DNA of 64,000 nt from an uncultured Alphaproteobacteria bacterium. GTDB taxonomy: Bacteria > Pseudomonadota > Alphaproteobacteria > Rhizobiales > Aestuariivirgaceae. The stretch spans positions 51,357 to 115,356 of the forward strand of contig CAVOZK010000023.1 of assembly GCA_963700935.1 (NCBI GenBank). The letters are read 5' to 3'. Shown piece after piece: positions 30,712-39,999 of the stretch. The notes beneath the pieces were generated by a model. The model had not been told where the DNA came from. It saw only the letters and a list, made by a program, of their open reading frames with translations, and searched no databases. Both the position numbers and the translations under genes were made by a program. The first letter of the stretch is position 1, and each line of letters starts with the position of its first letter.

Positions 30712-31726
30712 TCACGACACCGGGCCGGTAAGGCCTTCCAGCACCATTTCAGCCGCGGCAAGGTCGTATTCATCCGGCGCCCGCAGGAACGACAGGGCGC
30801 GCGCAGCCCGCCTTTCCGCCTGGCCCGCCAGCGTGCCTGCGGCGGCTGCCACCTCCACCATCTCGGCCATGTCGCCATTGCAGTGCAGCAGCACATCGCA
30901 ACCGGCCGCGATGGCGCGCATCCCGCGTTCACGGAACGTACCTTTCAGCGCCTTCATCGACAGGTCATCCGACATGATCAGCCCGTCGAAGGCGATCCCG
31001 CGGCGAATGACATCGTCGATTACCCTTGAGGAAAGCGTACAGCAATTGTCCGGGTCGAGCGCGGTGTAGACGACATGCGCCGTCATCGCCATCGGTATGT
31101 CGGCAAGGGCCGCGAATGGCGCGAAGTCCACCCGCTCCAGTTCGTCGCGCGATGCATCCACGACGGGTAGTTCAAGGTGACTGTCGGCGAAGGCGCGGCC
31201 ATGACCGGGAATGTGCTTGATGACCGGCAGCACCCCGCCGTCCATCAACCCCTGCGCGGCTGCGCGCCCCAGCAGCGCCACCTGCTCAGGCGTCATGCCG
31301 TAGGCGCGGTCGCCGATGATGTCGTGCGAGCCCGGCTGCGGCACGTCCAGCACCGGCACGCAGTCCACGTTGACGCCCAACGTCGTGAAGGTCCTGCGCC
31401 AGCAGCCGGTGGACCAGCCGCGTGGCGCGAAGACCTGCCACCGCATCCCTTGAATACAGCTCGGCATAGGCGCGGCCGGGCGGATACTTGCGCCAGTTCG
31501 GAGGGCGCATCCGCTGCACCCTGCCGCCTTCCTGATCGATCAGCACCGGCGCGTCGGCGCGGCCAACGATGTCGCGGAAATGGCCGGTCAGCGCCTTGAT
31601 CTGCTCTGGCGTGCCAACGTTGCGGGCAAACAGGATGAGCCCCCACGGCTGCGCTTCACGGAGGAACGCCACCTCGTCAGTGCCGAGCTGAAGCCCCGCG
31701 CATCCGGTAATGAAAGCCCCCGTCAT
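30712..31726 (-). CDS. nagZ: Beta-N-acetylhexosaminidase (GH3), frameshifted near 31377 (probable sequencing error)
   Basis: First frame has WGLILFARN and IDQEGGRVQR. Second frame has KHIPGHGRAFADSH and SDDLSMKAL. Removing one C from the CCC run at 31376-31378 joins them. Confidence 0.9.
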
Positions 31727-31877
31727 GCCAACTGCCTCGCCTGCCGAATCGCCGTTCTGTCCACGCAAGAGCCATAGAGCATTTGCACCGCCCGGCCAAT
31801 TGCAGCACCGGAAAACTCGATCCAAATGCAACTCAATTTCAGCAAAAATTGACAGGCCCGCGTTCAGTTTCGCGCAA

Positions 31878-31895
31878 GGTTAACAAGTCTTTTAA
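31878..31895. promoter_or_regulatory. CtrA-like binding site in the nagZ / small-ORF divergent spacer
   Basis: GGTTAA-caagtct-TTTA(A). Confidence 0.5.
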
Positions 31896-31998
31896 GTCCA
31901 GCCCGCCGCCTCGCCGTAGTAAACAAATCGTCAAGCCGGTTCTGCACCAGCCGGCCCTGCCCGTTGCACCGGGCGCAGTCTGAACAGGGAGAAAGATC

Positions 31999-32256
31999 AT
32001 GTTGCGTGTAGCAGAACACCCCAGTATCACGCCGTGGCAGAGGCTTGCCAACGAACGGCTGGAAGTCGCCAACAAGCTGGCCCGCATCTGCGCCTTGCTT
32101 GTCGGCGTCCTCGTGGTGCTGGGCATCAACTCGTTTTCGGTAATGTCGGAGCAGTCGCGGCTATGCTCAAGCCTGCTCGAAGCCCATGCCAGCATGGACC
32201 AGTACCAGGCCCGCAAGCTGCCCACGACGGAGATCGTTCAGAACTACTGTTCTTGA
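31999..32256 (+). CDS. Hypothetical small single-pass membrane protein
   Basis: RBS AGGGAGA, one hydrophobic segment (ICALLVGVLVVLGI), fills an otherwise empty gap. Confidence 0.6.
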   Translation: MLRVAEHPSITPWQRLANERLEVANKLARICALLVGVLVVLGINSFSVMSEQSRLCSSLLEAHASMDQYQARKLPTTEIVQNYCS

Positions 32257-32352
32257 TCCGCCGCTGACGCAGAACCCCCTTGCGGGGCCGGGGCCCTGCC
32301 GCTCGTCCCCTACGGCGGCGGGGCTGCAATTGCGATTGCCAGGCGAGCCGGC

Positions 32353-32949
32353 TCAGGGTTGGCGCAACACCAGCACCATGGTGGCGTGTGCGGCCCCCTC
32401 GCCCACATTGCGCACCTTGTGCGGCCGGTCGGCATGATAGCGCAACGCCTCTCCGGTCTTCACCGAGCGGATTTCTTCATCGACCGTCACCTCAAGTTCG
32501 CCTGTCACTACGTAGAGATGCTCGATGGTGCCCGGCGGATGCGGATCGCTTTCCAGAAGGCCGCCGGGTTTGGCGTGAAAATCGTACCACTGCACGAAAT
32601 CAACGAGGTTGAGAGGACCGGCAATGGCCAGCCGGCACAGCCCGTCCTCGCTCTCCAGCAGCGGCACCGCCGCCCTGGCCTGATGCTCGATGAAGGCCTC
32701 CGCTTTGCCGGTCTTCAACACCTCGTCGATGGTGGTGTCGAGCGCCTGGCTCAGCCGGTACACGGTCGACAGCGTCGGATTGGTTTCATTGCGCTCGATC
32801 TGCGAGATGATCGACTTGGCCACCCCCGACTGTTCCGACAGGTCGCCCAGCGACATGTTGTAGGCCTTGCGCAACCGCTGAATGGTTTTGCCCAGGTCTG
32901 GCGAGAGTTCCGTTTGCGAGCGCGGCTTGCGTCCCTTTGGTGCGGCCAT
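32353..32949 (-). CDS. XRE-family HTH plus cupin transcriptional regulator (SutR/PuuR-like)
   Basis: SLGDLSEQSGVAKSIISQIERNETNPTL, HPPGTIEHLYV and ADRPH. Confidence 0.9.
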   Translation of the reverse strand: MAAPKGRKPRSQTELSPDLGKTIQRLRKAYNMSLGDLSEQSGVAKSIISQIERNETNPTLSTVYRLSQALDTTIDEVLKTGKAEAFIEHQARAAVPLLESEDGLCRLAIAGPLNLVDFVQWYDFHAKPGGLLESDPHPPGTIEHLYVVTGELEVTVDEEIRSVKTGEALRYHADRPHKVRNVGEGAAHATMVLVLRQP

Positions 32950-33175
32950 GGCGTAAGTGTTCCCTGCTGCCGTCAGCGTGTTCGTTCTGCCGAACGTATA
33001 CCGCGTGACAACCCGATCCGGCAAACATCTTGTGCGACGGCATTGCTGGTGCTTGCGACCATTTGTGCAGTGCACAATAACTGCATGGACTGTTAGTGCT
33101 CAAACGACTTGATCGAGGTCAAGTTGCGCGCGCCAGTTGCATGGCATGGTCGCCGCACTGCAGGAGGTTTTCTTC

Positions 33176-33512
33176 ATGGGTGTAATCAACGTCATCGACA
33201 CCAACGGCAAGAACTCACGCACTGGAAGCAGTGGAGGGCTGGCGGGTCATGGAGATCATTCGCGAACACGGCCTGCCGATGGAAGGCGTCTGCGGCGGCG
33301 CCTGCGCCTGCGCCACCTGTCATGTCATCGTCGATGATGCCTGGACCGGCAAGCTCTTCCCGGCTCGCGACGACGAGGAAGCCATGCTCGATACGGTGCC
33401 CAACGTCATGCCGGCCTCGCGCCTGTCCTGCCAGCTCATCTACACCGAAGAACTTGACGGTCTCACGGTGGCGCTTGATCCGAACCTTGTGGAAAAGGCT
33501 CGCGCCGCCTAA
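33176..33512 (+). CDS. 2Fe-2S ferredoxin, adrenodoxin-type, frameshifted near 33212 (probable error)
   Basis: CGGACACATCHV and SRLSCQ. RBS AGGAGG before ATG 33176. Removing one A gives MGVINVIDTNGKTHALEAVEGWRVMEII. Confidence 0.88.
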
Positions 33513-33521
33513 CCTGGGTGG

Positions 33522-33983
33522 ATGTCCTCACTCTCCCTCGATTGGAAACTGGTCACCGACCAGGTCATGGGCGGCGTTTCGGCTGGCCTCGTAGCCCTGT
33601 CGGGCAGCCATGACGGCTACCCGGTGCACTGCCTAACCGGCAGCGTGAGCCTGGAGAACAATGGCGGTTTCGTCCAGATGGCCGCAGACCTGCCTCCACC
33701 ACCGGCGACAGCGCGAGGCATCCGCCTGACGGTGCGCGGCAATGGCGAGGAATATAACATCCACCTGCGCACGACTGCGCTGGACCGACCCTGGCAGTCC
33801 TTCCGGACCAGCTTCAGGGCCAGCCCGGACTGGACAGTGCTTGAGTTGCCGTTCGAGGATTTCGAGCCGCACCGGACCACCGCCCGGCTTGAACCGGGCG
33901 GCATTCGCCGGATCGGCATCGTCGCCATCGGGCGCGAATTCGAAGCGGATGTCTGCGTCGCGGCCGTTACCTGGACCGATTAA
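33522..33983 (+). CDS. CIA30 family protein (NDUFAF1-like)
   Basis: WKLVTDQVMGGVS, GSVSLENNGGFVQ and VRGNGEEY. Confidence 0.85.
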   Translation: MSSLSLDWKLVTDQVMGGVSAGLVALSGSHDGYPVHCLTGSVSLENNGGFVQMAADLPPPPATARGIRLTVRGNGEEYNIHLRTTALDRPWQSFRTSFRASPDWTVLELPFEDFEPHRTTARLEPGGIRRIGIVAIGREFEADVCVAAVTWTD

Positions 33984-35299
33984 GCCGCTTTGGCCTGCGG
34001 CTTGCCACCACCCCGGTTGCGGCGGCGGCGGCTGGGCCGGCCCGGCTTCTTGTCGGCAGTCTTCGCGCCGTGACCTGCGCCAGCGCCGGTACGTGCCTTG
34101 TTCTGCTGCGGCTGGCGGCGTTGCTGCTGCGGTTCGCGGCGCGGTTCTTCGACGGCTGATGCCACCGGCAGGCCAGCAGGCGGCGCAACCACCTCGATCT
34201 GCCGCTTGATCAGCCGCTCGATGTCGCGCAGCAGCCCCCTGTCCTCGCCCGACACCAGAGATACGGCAAGGCCTGAAGCCCCTGCCCGCGCGGTGCGGCC
34301 GATACGGTGAACGTAAACTTCCGGCACGTTCGGCAGGTCGTAGTTGATGACCAGTTCGACACCCGGCACGTCAATGCCACGCGCAGCGATGTCGGTTGCG
34401 ATCAGGATCGGGCACGAACCGTCCTTGAACGCGGCCAGCGCTCTCACCCGGTTGTTCTGCGACTTGTTGCCGTGAATGGCGGCGGCGGCAAGACCTGCCT
34501 GGTCGAGCGACTTCACCACCCGGTCTGCGCCACGCTTGGTGCGGGTGAACACAATGACGCGCTTGCCCGGGCTCTGACGCGCCAGATGGGCGACGGCAGC
34601 CGGCTTGGACCCGCTGGCCAGCAGCATCACCGACTGGTCGATCTTCTCGACCGGCGTTGCCGCAGGCGTGACCGCAATTTCCACCGGCTGGTTGAGATGA
34701 TCAGCCGCCAGCTTGCGGATTTCCTTCGGCATGGTGGCCGAGAACAGCAACGTCTGGCGCTTCTTCGGTACCATGTTGAAGATGCGGCGGATGGCCGGCA
34801 GGAAGCCGATGTCCAGCATCTGGTCGGCCTCGTCGAGGATCAGCGTCTCCACCTGGTCGAGGCGGACCGCCTTCTGTTCAATCAGGTCGAGCAGCCGGCC
34901 CGGCGTGGCGATCATCACGTCGACGCCACGCGCCGCACTGGTGATCTGCGGGCGGATTGAAACACCACCGAAAACGCACATGGAGTGCAGCTTCTGGCCC
35001 TTGGAGTAGTCACGAACCGACTGGTGAATCTGTGCGGCCAGCTCACGCGTCGGCGACAGCACCAGCGCCCGCACCATTTTCGGTGCCGGACTGCCCTTGG
35101 ACGTTGCAGCAAGCCGCTGCAATAGCGGCAGCGAGAAAGCACCGGTCTTGCCGGTGCCGGTCTGGGCAAGGCCGACAACGTCACGGCCATCGAGAATGGT
35201 GGGTATGGCCTTCACCTGGATGGGCGTAGGCGTGTCGTGGCCCAGCGCTTCAAGTGCGCTGAGCAGCGGCCCTTCAAGGCCGAGATCAATAAATTTCAA
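33980..35299 (-). CDS. rhlE: DEAD-box RNA helicase, RhlE-like
   Basis: PTPIQ, AQTGTGKT, PTRELA, DEAD, SAT, HRIGRTAR and a basic C-terminal tail. Start placed at TTG 35299 and uncertain. Confidence 0.88.
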   Translation of the reverse strand: MKFIDLGLEGPLLSALEALGHDTPTPIQVKAIPTILDGRDVVGLAQTGTGKTGAFSLPLLQRLAATSKGSPAPKMVRALVLSPTRELAAQIHQSVRDYSKGQKLHSMCVFGGVSIRPQITSAARGVDVMIATPGRLLDLIEQKAVRLDQVETLILDEADQMLDIGFLPAIRRIFNMVPKKRQTLLFSATMPKEIRKLAADHLNQPVEIAVTPAATPVEKIDQSVMLLASGSKPAAVAHLARQSPGKRVIVFTRTKRGADRVVKSLDQAGLAAAAIHGNKSQNNRVRALAAFKDGSCPILIATDIAARGIDVPGVELVINYDLPNVPEVYVHRIGRTARAGASGLAVSLVSGEDRGLLRDIERLIKRQIEVVAPPAGLPVASAVEEPRREPQQQRRQPQQNKARTGAGAGHGAKTADKKPGRPSRRRRNRGGGKPQAKAA

Positions 35300-35549
35300 G
35301 GTAGAGTCTTTCTGTGAAGCGATGCGCGCATAGCTTTGGCGCATCTGGGTTCCTTTCGACGGCAACGGGCAATGGACACACTCTGACGGGGTCCAGGGTC
35401 GCCACCGAGGAAAACTGGGACAACTGCGGCCGGGGTGAATCACTCACATGCCGGACGCCGGGTTGTTGTGCAGTGCACAAGCGCAGATGTGGGGCCGGAA
35501 GTCAAGGAAATCAACCGCTGCCTTATCAAGACGCCTCAACAGGCCGGGC

Positions 35550-36178
35550 TCAGCGGCGCTCGAACGCCAGCTTTGCAGCCAGCGCAAGGAACACCGTGCC
35601 GGACAGGTAGCCCAGCCACCGCGTTGCCCGCGCATTGGCCTTGAGCACCTCCCGAACAGAGCCTGCCCCATGCCCACTGCACCGTTAACGATGGTGCCCG
35701 TGACGTTGAAGATCAGCCCCAGCAAAAGGAACTGCACAAGGCTGGAGCCGCGCGACGGATCCACGAATTGCGGCAGAAACGCGAGGATGAATACGATCAC
35801 CTTGGGGTTCAGCAGGTTGACCAGCGTGCCCTCCCGCCACGCCTTGAGCGGCCCTGCGCGCTTGACGCCATCCGGCAGATCAAGCTCCAGCGGCTTGCGG
35901 AACGCCTGTACCGCCAGCCAGACGAGATAGCCCACCCCTGCCCATTTCAGCGCCTCGAACGCGACCGGATGCGCCGCCAGCAAGGCGGCAAGCCCGAGCC
36001 CGGCCGCCAGCGTGTGAATGGCGCTGCCGGTGGCAATGCCGAGGCTTGCGGCGAACCCGGTCCTCGCGCCGGACTTGAGGCCCTGCCCCAGGCAAAACAT
36101 CATGTCGGCGCCGGGTGTCAGGTTAAGCGCAATCCCGGCCACCATGAAAACCAGCACCTGCGCGGGGTCGAGGATCAT
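35550..36178 (-). CDS. LysE/RhtB family translocator, frameshifted near 35667 (probable error)
   Basis: LNLTPGADM and NLLNPKVIVFILAFLPQFVD. Adding one G to the GGGG run restores the C-terminus WLGYLSGTVFLALAAKLAFERR*. Confidence 0.85.
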
Positions 36179-36180
36179 GA

Positions 36181-36639
36181 TCACGACAACTCCAGAGTCA
36201 TGCACACATTGTGTTCGGTGATCTGGTAGTCAGCGAACGCGTCGCAATACCGAAACCCGAAACGCCTGTACAGCCGGTGCGCCGGGTTGAAGTCCGGGTG
36301 GGTCCCGGTTTCCAGGCTGACTCGCGCATAACCGCGTTCGCGCGCCACGGACAGGATGTGCCGCAACATCAGTTCGCCAACCCCCTTGCCGCGATGTTCC
36401 GGCGCGGTGCGCATCGACTTGATCTCGGCAAAATCCGGCGCAAGCTGCTTTAGCGCGCCGCTGCCCAGCAACTGGCCATCGTCCCATACCGTCCAGAACG
36501 TCACCTCGGGCGCCCGCAGACCGTCAATGTCGAGTGCATGCACCGTGCCGGGCGGCGACAGTGTGCGCATGTGCGCCAGGTGGCCCTCGAGCAACGCCGC
36601 AATCTCAGGTCCGCGCAGGTCGTCGACGCGTATCTGCAT
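36181..36639 (-). CDS. GNAT acetyltransferase, YedL/YsnE-like
   Basis: HALD...L, EIKSMRT...HRGKGVG and SLETG. Confidence 0.88.
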   Translation of the reverse strand: MQIRVDDLRGPEIAALLEGHLAHMRTLSPPGTVHALDIDGLRAPEVTFWTVWDDGQLLGSGALKQLAPDFAEIKSMRTAPEHRGKGVGELMLRHILSVARERGYARVSLETGTHPDFNPAHRLYRRFGFRYCDAFADYQITEHNVCMTLELS

Positions 36640-36645
36640 GCCGCC

Positions 36646-37845
36646 TCACGCCCCTAGCGCCTGCTTCAGGTCACCGATCAGGTCGTCCACGTCCTCAAGC
36701 CCCACCGACAGCCGCACCATGCCGTCGCTCACGCCCATCTCGTCGCGCGCGGCCTGGCCGATATTGCGGTGGGTCGTGGTGGCAGGGTGGGTGATCAGCG
36801 ACTTGGCATCGCCGAGATTGTTGGAAATGTCGATTATCTCCAGCTTGCGCAGCATGTCGAAGGCTGCCTGCTTGCCGCCGGCCAGCTCGAACGTCACCAT
36901 GGTGCCGCCCGCCGTCATCTGCTTGCGGCACAGGGCTGCCTGCGGGTGGCTGTCGAGCCACGGATAGGTGACGCGGGCAACGCCTTTCATGCCCTCGAGC
37001 GCGTTCGCCACCATCAGCGCGCTGTCGCACTGGGCCGTGACGCGCAGCTTCAGTGTCTCCATGCCCTTCAGCAGCACCCACGCATTGAACGGCGACAGGC
37101 TGGGACCGGTATGGCGCAGGAACGGTTTCAGCTTTTCTTCCTTGAACTCGGAGGACGAAACCACCGCACCGCCCAGCACGCGCCCCTGCCCGTCCATGTG
37201 CTTGGTGCCGGAATAGACGATGACGTCAGCCCCCAAGGGCAGCGTCTTCTGCACGATCGGCGTGGCGAAAATGTTGTCCACCACCACGCAGATGCCGTTC
37301 GCCTTCGCAATATCGGCAACTGCCGCGATGTCGAACACCTGCAGGCCCGGGTTGGACGGCGTTTCGAGGAAGAAGACCTTGGTGGCCGGCGTTATGGCCG
37401 CACGCCATTGATCAAGGTCGCCGCCGTCCACCAGCGTAGAGGTCACGCCGAATTTCGGCAGGATCGAGGTCAGGATCTGGTAGCACGAGCCGAACAGCGC
37501 CTTGGACGCCACGATGTGGTCGCCCGCCTCCACCTGGCAGGCCAGCGCCCCCCACACCGCCGCCATGCCGGAAGCGGTCGCATAGCAGGCCTGCGCCCCT
37601 TCGAGCAGCCGCAGCCGTTCCTCGAACATGGTGACGGTAGGGTTGCCGTAACGGGCGTAGACATAGCCTTCCTGCGCGCCGGAAAACCGGTCTTCCGCGG
37701 TCTCGGCATCGGGATAAACGAAGCCCGAGTTGAGATAGAGCGCCTCTGCCGTCTCGCCGTGATGCGAACGGTCGAGTCCGCCGCGGACCAGTTTCGTCGA
37801 CTCGCCCCAGTTGGCCGGACTGCCTTCCTTGACCGACTTCTTCAT
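36646..37845 (-). CDS. metZ: O-succinylhomoserine sulfhydrylase
   Basis: ETAEALYLNSGFVY, YARYGNPTV, SGMAA, YSGTKHMDGQGRVLGG (PLP lysine) and NLGDAKSLITHPATTTH. Confidence 0.92.
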   Translation of the reverse strand: MKKSVKEGSPANWGESTKLVRGGLDRSHHGETAEALYLNSGFVYPDAETAEDRFSGAQEGYVYARYGNPTVTMFEERLRLLEGAQACYATASGMAAVWGALACQVEAGDHIVASKALFGSCYQILTSILPKFGVTSTLVDGGDLDQWRAAITPATKVFFLETPSNPGLQVFDIAAVADIAKANGICVVVDNIFATPIVQKTLPLGADVIVYSGTKHMDGQGRVLGGAVVSSSEFKEEKLKPFLRHTGPSLSPFNAWVLLKGMETLKLRVTAQCDSALMVANALEGMKGVARVTYPWLDSHPQAALCRKQMTAGGTMVTFELAGGKQAAFDMLRKLEIIDISNNLGDAKSLITHPATTTHRNIGQAARDEMGVSDGMVRLSVGLEDVDDLIGDLKQALGA

Positions 37846-37849
37846 CGCT

Positions 37850-38251
37850 TCAGCTCTGCATCCAGGGAAGGCCCCTCGCCTTCCAGCCGTTCTTGCGGCC
37901 GCGATGGCGCTCGCCGTCGAGGTCACCCTCGAAGCCTTCCGCCACATTGTAGCAGGCGCTGAAACCGGCCTGCGTCAACGCCGTGGCAGCCGCCGCCGAA
38001 CGCGCGCCGGACCGGCAAATGCAATAGATTTCAGAATTTTCGCTTACACCGGCGGCGCGTACCGCATCGACGAAGCCGCCATTGACCTGCATTGAGGGGA
38101 ACACCTGCCAGGATATGGTCAGCAGCCGGTCCACGGCAGGCACGCCCACAAATGCCCATTCGGCGCTGGTGCGGACGTCGATCAGCACCGCATCGGGATT
38201 GTCGGCAAGGGCCCGGCAGGCCGTGTGGGGGTCAACATCGCCCAAGTACAT
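37850..38251 (-). CDS. Rhodanese-like sulfurtransferase
   Basis: LIDVRTSAEW, ICRSGARS active-site loop, NVAEGFEG and GWKARGLPW. Confidence 0.88.
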   Translation of the reverse strand: MYLGDVDPHTACRALADNPDAVLIDVRTSAEWAFVGVPAVDRLLTISWQVFPSMQVNGGFVDAVRAAGVSENSEIYCICRSGARSAAAATALTQAGFSACYNVAEGFEGDLDGERHRGRKNGWKARGLPWMQS

Positions 38252-38466
38252 GTCATCAACCCGGTCTTGAAGGTTTGTCCTGATGCCCCTGCCTATACAC
38301 CCGTTGCGGTCGTTTTGTAAGCCGAACATTACGTCTTTGGTGACGAACGTGGAGGGAACAAAGCAGCACACGTCACCGTTTATCGGAAACGATCCCATAT
38401 TGCCTGAAACGGCGGCCCCAAATACCATTGGGAAGGACTCTCGCTGTAGCCAGCAAGGATAACCGA

Positions 38467-39105
38467 ATGAGCAATCTTACCCGACGCAGCCTCATCGTTT
38501 CTGCAACCGCCGGCGCTGCAACCGTGTTATGCGCGCCCGCCGTTATAGCGCGCGGCCCCGCTACCAAGCCTTTCTACGCCACGCCCGATGACAAGCACCC
38601 GATCTTTCCCGTCGGGCCGGACATTGTGCCGCTTTCCCACCGCAAGACCATCGTGCCCTATGCGAACAACCTGCATCCAGGGGCCATCGTGGTGGATAGC
38701 CGCAACAGGTATCTCTATGTGAAGATCGATCAGGGGCGCGCCATGCGCTATGGCGTGTCAGTGGGCAAGGAAGGCTTCGGCTGGTCCGGCCACGCCACCA
38801 TCCAGCGCAAGGTAATGTGGCCCAAGTGGACGCCGCCGCGCGAGATGATTCAACGCGACCCGAAACTGGCGAAATACGCCAAGGGCATGCCCGGCGGCCC
38901 GGACAACCCGTTGGGCGCACGCGCCATGTATCTCTACAAGGACGGCAAGGACACGCTGTACCGCATCCACGGCACCAACAAGCCGGGTTCCATTGGCCAG
39001 GCCGCCTCATCGGGCTGCATCCGGATGCTCAACGAGGACGTGGTGGAGGTGTTTCAGGCCGCCGTGATCGGGACTGACGTCTACGTGCTCGGCCACAAGG
39101 GCTGA
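38467..39105 (+). CDS. L,D-transpeptidase (ErfK/YkuD), Tat-exported
   Basis: TRRSLI twin-arginine signal, NPLGARAMYL, RIHGT and SSGCIRM. Confidence 0.92.
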   Translation: MSNLTRRSLIVSATAGAATVLCAPAVIARGPATKPFYATPDDKHPIFPVGPDIVPLSHRKTIVPYANNLHPGAIVVDSRNRYLYVKIDQGRAMRYGVSVGKEGFGWSGHATIQRKVMWPKWTPPREMIQRDPKLAKYAKGMPGGPDNPLGARAMYLYKDGKDTLYRIHGTNKPGSIGQAASSGCIRMLNEDVVEVFQAAVIGTDVYVLGHKG

Positions 39106-39191
39106 CCCACCGACTGCAGCTTGCAAGACCCGGTGCCGCGTGACATAGCTCGCAGGCAACAAACGCTGAAAGGCAAGCCGGGAGAATTCGC

Positions 39192-39887
39192 ATGAAAGTG
39201 GCATTGGTGACGGCAGGCGGGTCCGGCATGGGCGCGGCGTGCGCGCGCAGGCTGGCGGCAGACGGTTTCAAGGTTGCCATACTGTCCTCCTCCGGAAAGG
39301 GCGAGGCACTGGCGAACGAACTGGGCGGCATCGGCGTCACCGGCTCGAACCAGTCGGTTGAAGACCTCGGCAGCCTGGTCGATGCCGCCATGGACAAATG
39401 GGGCCGCATCGACGTGCTGGTGAATTCCGCCGGTCACGGGCCGCGCAAACCGATTCTCGAACTGACGGACGAAGACTGGCATGCCGGGATCGACGTGTAC
39501 TTCCTCAACGCCGTGCGCCCCACCCGGCTGGTGACACCCATCATGCAGCAGCAAAAGGCCGGCGCGATCATCAACATCTCGACCGCCTGGACATTCGAGC
39601 CAAGCTCCATGTTCCCCACCTCGGCAGTGGCGCGGGCGGGACTTGCTTCCTTCACCAAGATCTTCGCCGACACCTACGCAGCCGACAACATCCGCATGAA
39701 CAACGTGCTGCCGGGCTGGATCGACAGCCTGCCCGCAACGGAAGAACGCCGCGAGGGCGTGCCGATGAAACGCTATGGCACCAGCGAGGAAATCGCTGCG
39801 ACGGTGTCGTTCCTCGCTTCCGACGGCGCGGCCTACATTACCGGCCAGAACATCCGCGTCGATGGCGGCGTCACACGGTCGGTCTAA
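39192..39887 (+). CDS. Short-chain dehydrogenase/reductase (atypical)
   Basis: TAGGSGMG, NSAG and ITGQNIRVDGG. No canonical YxxxK. Confidence 0.88.
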   Translation: MKVALVTAGGSGMGAACARRLAADGFKVAILSSSGKGEALANELGGIGVTGSNQSVEDLGSLVDAAMDKWGRIDVLVNSAGHGPRKPILELTDEDWHAGIDVYFLNAVRPTRLVTPIMQQQKAGAIINISTAWTFEPSSMFPTSAVARAGLASFTKIFADTYAADNIRMNNVLPGWIDSLPATEERREGVPMKRYGTSEEIAATVSFLASDGAAYITGQNIRVDGGVTRSV

Positions 39888-39999
39888 AAGTCAGGGTTGA
39901 ATCTGGCTCACCGTGCGTTCGACATTCTGGCTCTAGCAGGTTGAGCACAGCCCTTGCTAGGTTGCGGGCATCTTCAGCATTGCTTCCAGAGGCGCTTCC

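Noticed and set aside
38252-38466. SAM-II or SAM-SAH riboswitch upstream of rhodanese-metZ
   Set aside because: I looked for the conserved segments by eye and did not find them. An Infernal/Rfam scan would settle it.
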